40,327 bases of DNA from an uncultured Anaerolineales bacterium (GTDB lineage Bacteria > Chloroflexota > Anaerolineae > Anaerolineales > UBA11579), in NCBI GenBank assembly GCA_965370435.1, contig CBDUUP010000002.1, forward strand, positions 1-40,327. The letters run 5' to 3'. Shown in pieces: positions 34,052 through 40,327 of this stretch. The notes under the pieces are model-generated. The model ran no database searches and was not told the origin of the DNA. It worked only from the letters and a program-made list of their open reading frames with translations. The stretch's first letter is position 1. Each line of letters opens with the position of its first letter. Both the position numbers and the translations under genes were made by a program.

Positions 34052-35650
34052 TTGATCTCCCGTCTCCGCACCGCCTGGATCGGATGGCGCAGCGCCCGCC
34101 GTCTGATGAGTATGGCCCGCCAGGTGGCGGCCCAGGCGACTCCCTCCGATGGGAAGCGCCCGGTGGCGTTCTTCAACGCCTCGGCTCGTATCACCGGACT
34201 CAGCCTCAACGCGGCTTTTTCGCTGCTGGCCGCCTGGAGTCTGCGATTGGCGGGCGTTCCGGTGGCGCATTTCGTCTGCCGGTCGGGGATGAGCCGCTGC
34301 GTTCTGGGGTCCAACCGGGACGACCACACCGCCCCCCCGCCCTGTGAATCCTGCATCGAGACCTCCCGCCGCCTGTATCACCAGGCCAACCCGCACTGGT
34401 TTTCCTACGTACCCGATGACACCTTGACCAGGACGATCCAGCGGCTCAGCGTGGACCAATTGATGGATTTCGTGTATCAGAGCCGTCCGCTGGGCGCGCT
34501 GGCGCTGCCCTCCCTGCGCTGGACCTTGCGACGCCACACCCTGCTGGACGACGTTCCTACCCGCCACCTGTTGAGGGAATACATCCTCTCCGCCAACCGG
34601 GTGATGGATGAGTTCGACGCTTTCCTGGCGCAGGTCAACCCCTCCGCGGCGGTGATCTTCAACGGGACCATGTTCCCGGAGGCGGCCGCGCGTTGGGTGG
34701 CCCAGCGCCGCGGCGTGCGGGTGATAACCCACGAAGTCGCCTTCGAGCCGTTTTCGGCCTTTTTCACCGGCGGGGAGGCGACCGCCTATCCGGTGGACAT
34801 CCCCGAGGATTTTGAGCTTTCCCCGGCCCAGGACGAACGCCTGAACGTACACTTGGCCCAGCGTTTCCAGGGCGAGTTCACCATGGCGGGGATACGGTTC
34901 TGGCCCCAGATGCAGGGCCTGGACGAGGACTTCCTTGCTCGCGCCGCCCAATTCAAGCAGATCGTCCCCATCTTCACCAACGTGGTCTTCGATACCAGCC
35001 AGGTGCACGCCAACACCGTCTTCCCCCACATGTTCGCCTGGTTGGACACCGCGTTAGAGATCATTCACGCCCACCCGGAGACGCTTTTCGTCATCCGCGC
35101 CCACCCGGACGAGATGCGCCCCGGCACCGGCAAGCAGAGCCGGGAGAGCGTCCGCCAATGGGTGGAGGGCCAGGGCGTCAGCGATCTTCCCAACGTGGCC
35201 TTTATCGATTCGGAGGAGTACGTCAGTTCCTATGAATTGATCCAGCAGGCCAAGTTCGTCATCGTCTATAACTCCTCCATCGGCCTGGAGGCGACCTTGC
35301 TGGGGAGGCCGGTATTGTGCGGCGGCCAGGCCCGCTACACCCAGTATCCCACCGTCTTCTTCCCCCAGACCCCCGATTCATACCGCCAGCAAGCAGAGGA
35401 GTTCCTGACCGCCGAAGCCATCCCCCTGCCGGAGGAGTTCGTCCGCAACGCCCGGCGTTTCTTGTATTTCCAGCTTTTCCGCACCTCCCTGCCCCTGGGA
35501 GAGTTTGTAGAGAACCATCCCCGGCCTGGTTTCATCCAGTTGCGTCCCTTTGATCTGGCGCAGCTTCGGCCAGAACACTCTATGTCGTTGAAGGTCATCC
35601 AGGAGGGGATTTTGGAGGGCGGCCCTTTCCTGGCGAACGAGGACTCATGA
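34052..35650 (+). CDS. Capsule_synth (KpsC/KpsS)-like putative glycosyltransferase, paralogue 2, with a Cys4 cluster
   Basis: FVIRAHPDE (HP motif) and VYNSSIGLEATLLGRPVL. N-terminal C-x6-C-x14-C-x2-C (HFVCRSGMSRC...CESC). TTG start 34052 has a GGAGG 6 nt upstream; ATG 34106 is an alternative. Confidence 0.5.
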   Translation: MISRLRTAWIGWRSARRLMSMARQVAAQATPSDGKRPVAFFNASARITGLSLNAAFSLLAAWSLRLAGVPVAHFVCRSGMSRCVLGSNRDDHTAPPPCESCIETSRRLYHQANPHWFSYVPDDTLTRTIQRLSVDQLMDFVYQSRPLGALALPSLRWTLRRHTLLDDVPTRHLLREYILSANRVMDEFDAFLAQVNPSAAVIFNGTMFPEAAARWVAQRRGVRVITHEVAFEPFSAFFTGGEATAYPVDIPEDFELSPAQDERLNVHLAQRFQGEFTMAGIRFWPQMQGLDEDFLARAAQFKQIVPIFTNVVFDTSQVHANTVFPHMFAWLDTALEIIHAHPETLFVIRAHPDEMRPGTGKQSRESVRQWVEGQGVSDLPNVAFIDSEEYVSSYELIQQAKFVIVYNSSIGLEATLLGRPVLCGGQARYTQYPTVFFPQTPDSYRQQAEEFLTAEAIPLPEEFVRNARRFLYFQLFRTSLPLGEFVENHPRPGFIQLRPFDLAQLRPEHSMSLKVIQEGILEGGPFLANEDS

Positions 35651-36555
35651 GCGACCCCATAGACCGAATCGAAATCCTGCCTGTATCCTTGCTTGACGAG
35701 GAGCGTCCCCGGGTGGATGAACTCCGCCGGTTGGCCCGCAAACTGGGGCTGGAATTCGGCTGGCATTATTTACTCGACCTGACTTGGATGCTCAAACACT
35801 TGGGCCAAATCCAGGGCCAGCGAATCATGGATGCCGGGGCGGGCATCGGCGTGATGCAATGGTATCTAGCCGAAAATGAGGCCGAAGTCATCAGCGTAGA
35901 CCGGGGCAGCCGGGCCAATTTATCCCTGCGCTTCCGGGAGCGATACGAGATACGAGGTCTGGGAGAGGCGGATCTAGCTTCCGTCACTGCGGTGGTTCGG
36001 CACGAGTTAGCCCAACCAGTGAACGCCGCTGCCAAGCTGAAGAAGCAAGTCCGCAACCTGATTTCGTTGGTTCGTATGGCCTTGCCGCCCACTGGGGAAG
36101 GCCGGGTCCTCATTTATAATCAGGATTTGAAAGAACTCACCGACCTCGCCAATGACTCGCTGGACGCGGTGGTGGCGGTCTCCTCCCTGGAGCACAACAC
36201 CCCCGAAGGCCTGCGGGAAGTGGTGGTCGAATTGATGCGAGTGCTCAAGCCGGGCGGCGTCCTTTTGGCAACTCTGGGCGCGGCCCGCGACCAGGATTGG
36301 TTCCACGAGCCGTCCAAAGGCTGGAACTACACCGAGGCTGCCCTGCGGCGTATCTTCGACCTCGCCCCGGAAGCCCCCGCCAACTACGACCGCCACGATG
36401 AACTCCTCGCCGACCTCCAAGACTGCGCCGAACTGGGCGACAACCTGGCGAGTTTTTACGCCCGCTCCGGCGATAACGGGATGCCCTGGGGAAAATGGGA
36501 CCCGCAGTACCAGCCGGTGGGCGTGTGCAAGGTGAAGAGGCAAGTGAGCGAGTAG
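35647..36555 (+). CDS. Class I SAM-dependent methyltransferase
   Basis: IMDAGAGIGV (motif I), EVISVD, VVAVSSLEH, and LKPGGVLLATL. ATGA overlap with the upstream gene. Confidence 0.75.
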   Translation: MSDPIDRIEILPVSLLDEERPRVDELRRLARKLGLEFGWHYLLDLTWMLKHLGQIQGQRIMDAGAGIGVMQWYLAENEAEVISVDRGSRANLSLRFRERYEIRGLGEADLASVTAVVRHELAQPVNAAAKLKKQVRNLISLVRMALPPTGEGRVLIYNQDLKELTDLANDSLDAVVAVSSLEHNTPEGLREVVVELMRVLKPGGVLLATLGAARDQDWFHEPSKGWNYTEAALRRIFDLAPEAPANYDRHDELLADLQDCAELGDNLASFYARSGDNGMPWGKWDPQYQPVGVCKVKRQVSE

Positions 36556-36622
36556 GCAGGTTGCAAGTTGGCAAGTAGCAAGTAAGTAAGTAGACAGGTA
36601 TACAAGGAGCAGGTTTGCGTGG
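36556..36622. repeat. 7-8 nt tandem array (GCAAGT-type)
   Basis: GCAGGTT GCAAGTT GGCAAGT AGCAAGT AAGTAAG TAGACAG... starts immediately after the TAG stop at 36555. Same orientation as the 5-102 array. Confidence 0.65.
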
Positions 36623-36721
36623 AAGAAGTGATTCGATAACAGAACGAGAATAGTGAACCGATATTGGCTGCGATCTATTCACGATTTCCCATTCACCATT
36701 CACGAATTACAGGAGCAACGG

Positions 36722-36976
36722 ATGAGCGTAGAAAATCAGACCGAATTACTAGAACGGGTGCAATCCGTGCTGGCGGAGGTCTTTCAGGTTGAGCCTGGCG
36801 AGGTGGGACCGGAGTTGGAATTTGGCGACCTGCCGCAGTGGGACTCGATGGGGCACATGGACGTGATGATAAGCCTGGAGACCGAGTTCGGGGTCGAGAT
36901 CAACGCCGACACCATCGCCGGACTGGTCAACGTCTCCGCCATTTGCGCCCATATATTGGAGAACGATCATGGCTGA
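36722..36976 (+). CDS. Acyl/aminoacyl carrier protein (phosphopantetheine-binding)
   Basis: 84 aa, acidic, with a carrier-protein Ser motif in LPQWDSMGHMDVMISLE. AGGAG RBS upstream of ATG 36722. The upstream part of ORF 36653-36976 is ignored. Confidence 0.8.
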   Translation: MSVENQTELLERVQSVLAEVFQVEPGEVGPELEFGDLPQWDSMGHMDVMISLETEFGVEINADTIAGLVNVSAICAHILENDHG

Positions 36977-38153
36977 GTCCACCCTGGAGATCACCCCCCA
37001 GATCACCATCCCCGTCCATCTGGTGGGAGAGGTGCGGGCCAAGCTGGCCTACGTGGACGAGGCCATCGCCGAGGCGCAGATCGCCGCGAGCGGCGACCGC
37101 ATCACCCTCATCCTTCACCGTGAAATTGAAAACCGCGCCGCCCTGGAGGAGAAGGTCCAGCGGGTGGTGGAGGCGATGGCGAAGGGAGCCATCCAGCCCA
37201 AAGTGGAAGTGTTGGAAGATCATCTAGACCGCCCTACGCCATACACCGCCGACCCTATGGATGAATTGATGGCCCGCGGCGAGGTCAGCCGGGAGGCGGA
37301 GGGAATCTTCACCCTCGGCCCGTTGGTGACCCGCCTGATTGATTACTTTGAGGGCCGCTTCCTGGAACTGGCCGCTTCCTTTGAGGCCCAACCCTACCGT
37401 TTCCCCACCCTGATCTCGGCGGAATATTTGGATCGGGTGGACTATTTCAACGCCTTCCCCCATTCCCTCACCTTCGCCACTCACCTGCGCGAAGACCTGG
37501 ACGTGATCGAGCATTTCGCCGAGCATGCCGCCTATGAGGAGGACGGCCTCAACGCCCCGCCGGAGTCTTTCTCCAAGATGAAGGCCTTGCTCTCCCCGGC
37601 GGTCTGCTATCATCTCTATTTCTCGTTGGCCGATAACCCCCTGCCGGAGGGGAAGATGGTCGTCACCGCGGTGGGAAACTGCTTCCGCTATGAGTCCTTC
37701 AATCTGGTTTCGCTGGAACGCCTGTGGAACTTCACCATGCGGGAGGTCATCTTCGTCGGCCCCAAGGACTTCGTGCTGGAGAACCGCGAGACCGGCCGCC
37801 AACGCATGCAGAAGGTTTTCGAGGAGATCGGCCTGGCCTACAGCGTGGAGAGCGCCAACGATCCCTTCTTCATCGGCGAGTTCCGCAAGCAGGCCGCTTT
37901 CCAGAGCGCATTCCAGCTCAAATACGAAATTCGCGCCCGGCTGCCCTTCCAGGACAGCACGCTGGCGATTGGCTCTTATAACTACCACCAGGATTTCTTT
38001 GGCCGCCATCTGAACATCCCCCTGCCGGACGGCTCTCCGGCTCACACCGGCTGCCTCGCCTTTGGTCTGGAACGGGCGGCCTTCGCTTTCCTGGCCCAAT
38101 ATGGCCTAGACCCGGCCGACTGGCCGCCGTCTATGCAGGAGGCGCTGACATGA
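36969..38153 (+). CDS. Amino acid:[carrier protein] ligase, a class-II aaRS (methanogen-type SerRS) catalytic-core homologue lacking a tRNA-binding arm
   Basis: FPTLISAEYLDRVDYFNAFPH, LSPAVCYHLY, GNCFRYES (motif-2-like), FQLKYEIR, and HTGCLAFGLERAAFAFL (motif-3-like). 8-nt overlap with the carrier protein gene. Confidence 0.65.
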   Translation: MAESTLEITPQITIPVHLVGEVRAKLAYVDEAIAEAQIAASGDRITLILHREIENRAALEEKVQRVVEAMAKGAIQPKVEVLEDHLDRPTPYTADPMDELMARGEVSREAEGIFTLGPLVTRLIDYFEGRFLELAASFEAQPYRFPTLISAEYLDRVDYFNAFPHSLTFATHLREDLDVIEHFAEHAAYEEDGLNAPPESFSKMKALLSPAVCYHLYFSLADNPLPEGKMVVTAVGNCFRYESFNLVSLERLWNFTMREVIFVGPKDFVLENRETGRQRMQKVFEEIGLAYSVESANDPFFIGEFRKQAAFQSAFQLKYEIRARLPFQDSTLAIGSYNYHQDFFGRHLNIPLPDGSPAHTGCLAFGLERAAFAFLAQYGLDPADWPPSMQEALT

Positions 38154-38644
38154 GCGAAGTTACCTATCGTCTGGGGATCGAGGCGGACCTGCCGACCATC
38201 ACCGAGATGTACGTCGAGCTTAACAGCTACTTCTACCAGATGGGCTACCGCCTGCCCCACCCCGAAAATGTCGGACAGGTCTGGCAAGACTCCTTCCGGC
38301 GCACTCTGGGACGCTTCAGCGTGATCTACGTGGCCGAGATGGAGGGCGAGGTGGTGGGCTTCATGCTGGCCCGCATCAAGCGCGTGCCCGCCTACATGGG
38401 CGGGGTGCTGGTGGGCGAACTCAGCGACATGTGGATATTGGACAAGGCCCGCCGCCTGGGCATCGGCGATAAACTCTCCCGCCTGTCAATGGCCTGGCTG
38501 CGCGAGCAAGGCGCCCACTCGGTGGAAATCCAGGTGCTTCGGGATAATGAAGCCAGTTGGAAACTCTACGAGCGAATGGGCTTCCAGTTGGAATTCCGCG
38601 CCGGGCGCTTATTATGGGACGACTACGTTGACGAAGATGCGTGA
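38150..38644 (+). CDS. GNAT family N-acetyltransferase
   Basis: 164 aa. The segment ...GELSDMWILDKARRLGIGDKLSRLSMAWLREQGAHSVEIQVLRDNEASWKLYERMGF contains the R/Q-x-x-G-x-G/A acyl-CoA motif. ATGA overlap with the ligase gene. Confidence 0.8.
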   Translation: MSEVTYRLGIEADLPTITEMYVELNSYFYQMGYRLPHPENVGQVWQDSFRRTLGRFSVIYVAEMEGEVVGFMLARIKRVPAYMGGVLVGELSDMWILDKARRLGIGDKLSRLSMAWLREQGAHSVEIQVLRDNEASWKLYERMGFQLEFRAGRLLWDDYVDEDA

Positions 38645-39395
38645 AGTCACCCGCCAAGGTCTCATCGAGATACTTCAAACGCTGGGCGTCCGTCCCGGCG
38701 ATGGATTGCTGGTCCATTCGGCCTTGCAGTTCCTGGGCCGCCCGGAGGAGGGCGTCAAAACTTACCTGGATGCCTTGTTGGACGTATTGGGCGATGAGGG
38801 CACAATAGCCGTCCCCGCCTTCAACTTCGACTTCGCCCGAGGGGAAGCTTACGACCCCCAGACTACCCCCGCCGACGGCATGGGCGTCTTTTCGGAATTC
38901 CTCCGCCAGCAGCCCGGCGCGCTGCGCACCCTCCACCCCATGCAGTCCCTGGCGGTGATGGGCCGCTGCGCCGCCGACCTGGCCGGGCGGGACACGCCCT
39001 CGGCCTTTGACCCCGGATCGGCCTTTGACCGCATGTTAGAACTGGATTTCAAGGCCCTGCTGCTGGGCGCGGACATTCAGGCCGTCGCCATGCTGCATAT
39101 TTGCGAACAGCGCGCCCAGGTCCCCTACCGTCACTGGAAAGACTTCACCGGCCGGGTGAAAATCGGCCAAGAATGGGAGCAGCGCACCTACCGCATGTTC
39201 GTCCGCGACCTGGAAATGGACGCCCAACTCGAACTCTACGCCGTCCAGTCCGCCCTGGAAACCCACGGCCAATGGTCAACCCAGCCCCTCAACTACGGCG
39301 CCCTTTCCCTCTTCCGCCTCACCGACTTCGTCGCCCAAACCCAATCCCTCCTCACCGCCGACCCCTGGTCCCTGGTCGCCAACCGCCCCCAATAA
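38637..39395 (+). CDS. Aminoglycoside 3-N-acetyltransferase (AAC(3)/Antibiotic_NAT) family acyltransferase
   Basis: LGVRPGDGLLVHSAL..LG, GTIAVPAFNF, ALRTLHPMQSLAVMG, and KALLLGADIQAVAMLHICE. 8-nt overlap with the GNAT gene. Confidence 0.75.
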   Translation: MREVTRQGLIEILQTLGVRPGDGLLVHSALQFLGRPEEGVKTYLDALLDVLGDEGTIAVPAFNFDFARGEAYDPQTTPADGMGVFSEFLRQQPGALRTLHPMQSLAVMGRCAADLAGRDTPSAFDPGSAFDRMLELDFKALLLGADIQAVAMLHICEQRAQVPYRHWKDFTGRVKIGQEWEQRTYRMFVRDLEMDAQLELYAVQSALETHGQWSTQPLNYGALSLFRLTDFVAQTQSLLTADPWSLVANRPQ

Positions 39396-39421
39396 AAACC
39401 ATGAATCCTTATTCATCATCC

Positions 39422-39490
39422 GCAATTCACCCACCCGCAACCCGCAAACTTGCAAACTTGCGACTTGCAACTTGCATACTTGCAACCTTC
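39422..39490. repeat. 7-8 nt tandem array (ACTTGCA-type)
   Basis: GCAA/GCGA/GCAT cores at 39437, 39444, 39452, 39460, 39467, 39474 and 39482. Reads ...CAAACTTG CAAACTTG CGACTTG CAACTTG CATACTTG CAACCTTC. The array ends 2 nt before ATG 39493. Confidence 0.7.
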
Positions 39491-39492
39491 TT

Positions 39493-40327
39493 ATGTCTCC
39501 CCTGATGCCCCTCATTGAGGAACTCTGGTTCCTCGAACGCAATATCGTCTCGGACGGCTTTGACCAGGCGCTGAATCGTCTGGCCGAAGAAGTCCCCATG
39601 ACCATCCACCAGTATCCCACCGGCGAACCCTGCTGGACCTGGGAAGTTCCTGAAAAATGGTCTTGCCAGGAAGCTTACCTGGAGACCCTGGACGGCCAAC
39701 GCCTTCTCGACCACGCCGACCATCCCCTGCACGTGGTCTCCTATTCGCTGCCCTTTGAAGGCGTGGTGAGCCGGGAGGAATTATTCCAGCATTTACACGT
39801 CCATCCCCGGCTGCCGGACGCCATTCCCTTTGTTTTCAAATATTACCAGCGCGATTGGGGCCTCTGCGCGCCGCAATCTTTGAAAGACACCCTCACCGAC
39901 GAGCAATACCGGGTCGTGATACGGACCCGCTTCGAGCCGGGGACGCTCAAAGTAGGCGAGGTCGTCATCCCCGGCGAGAGCGAGGAAACCTTCATGCTGG
40001 TCGCCCATCTCTGCCATCCCGCTATGGTCAACGATGACCTGACCGGCGTGGTGGTCGGATTGGAGGCGGCCCGCATCCTGCTGAATGGCCCCCGCCCTTA
40101 TTACACCTACCGCCTGCTGATCCTGCCGGAGACCATTGGCTCGGTAGCCTATCTAAGCCATAACGAAGAGTTGATCCCCCAGATGGTGGGCGGGCTTTTC
40201 CTGGAGATGCTGGGCAACAACTCGCCCCACGCCTTGCAGGGATCATTCACGCCCTCCAGCCAGGCCGATTTAACCCTGACCTCCGCCCTGCGAGATGCAG
40301 ACCCTCAGAGTTACACTGGCGCTTACC
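39493..40327 (+). CDS. Aminopeptidase-like (M28-fold) DUF4910/COG4310 protein, 3'-truncated by the window end
   Basis: Not in the ORF track because it is open at the window edge. My own translation from ATG 39493 gives MSPLMPLIEELWFLERNIVSDGFDQAL...FMLVAHLCHPAMVNDDLTGVVVGLEAARIL...LLILPETIGSVAYL with no stop to 40327. The CHP..NDxLSG/TG pattern is typical of COG4310 proteins found in polysaccharide loci. Confidence 0.65.
   Translation, partial: MSPLMPLIEELWFLERNIVSDGFDQALNRLAEEVPMTIHQYPTGEPCWTWEVPEKWSCQEAYLETLDGQRLLDHADHPLHVVSYSLPFEGVVSREELFQHLHVHPRLPDAIPFVFKYYQRDWGLCAPQSLKDTLTDEQYRVVIRTRFEPGTLKVGEVVIPGESEETFMLVAHLCHPAMVNDDLTGVVVGLEAARILLNGPRPYYTYRLLILPETIGSVAYLSHNEELIPQMVGGLFLEMLGNNSPHALQGSFTPSSQADLTLTSALRDADPQSYTGAY

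Noticed and set aside
39396-39421. Small ATGAAT/ATTCAT inverted repeat after the AAC(3)-like gene as a terminator
   Set aside because: The stem is a 6-bp AT-rich hairpin without a T-tract, which is too weak to call.

Overview
GC-rich bacterial window. Gene content and repeat style suggest a Chloroflexota/Anaerolineae-like genome, but that is a low-confidence inference. One minus-strand DppB/OppB-type ABC permease sits at the 5' end (185-1732). Everything from 2260 to the window end lies on the + strand, about 33 genes over ~38 kb, many with overlapping stop/start codons, and reads as one large glycan-biosynthesis supercluster. It contains: GDP-L-fucose genes (gmd, fcl) plus an extra SDR; an acyl-AMP (FAAL-like) ligase; a 900-aa GT-C-like membrane protein; an EPS-type MarR regulator; a Wzm/Wzt ABC exporter with a Wzt C-terminal extension; four sulfotransferases of two families with their own PAPS synthase (Sat-CysC fusion) and a TauE permease; three SAM methyltransferases; GT4, GT2 and GT-A-like transferases; two divergent Capsule_synth-like paralogues; a PseB-like dehydratase with an RmlD-like reductase; two NeuB-like synthases, one fused to a xylose-isomerase-like TIM barrel; two cytidylyltransferases; and a terminal module of ACP, SerRS-like amino acid:[carrier protein] ligase, GNAT, AAC(3)-family acyltransferase and aminopeptidase-like protein. 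The two most novel-looking parts are the self-sufficient sulfation machinery and the carrier-protein aminoacylation module wired into a glycan locus. I saw no rRNA, tRNA, CRISPR array, transposase or integrase. Intergenic gaps hold several short repeat families: 7-8 nt tandem arrays, CACNNAGA-type hairpin elements in both orientations, and CGTAGGGGCG REP-like palindromes. Two near-consensus sigma70 promoters share an inverted-repeat operator. All family assignments come from motifs read by eye; no searches were run.
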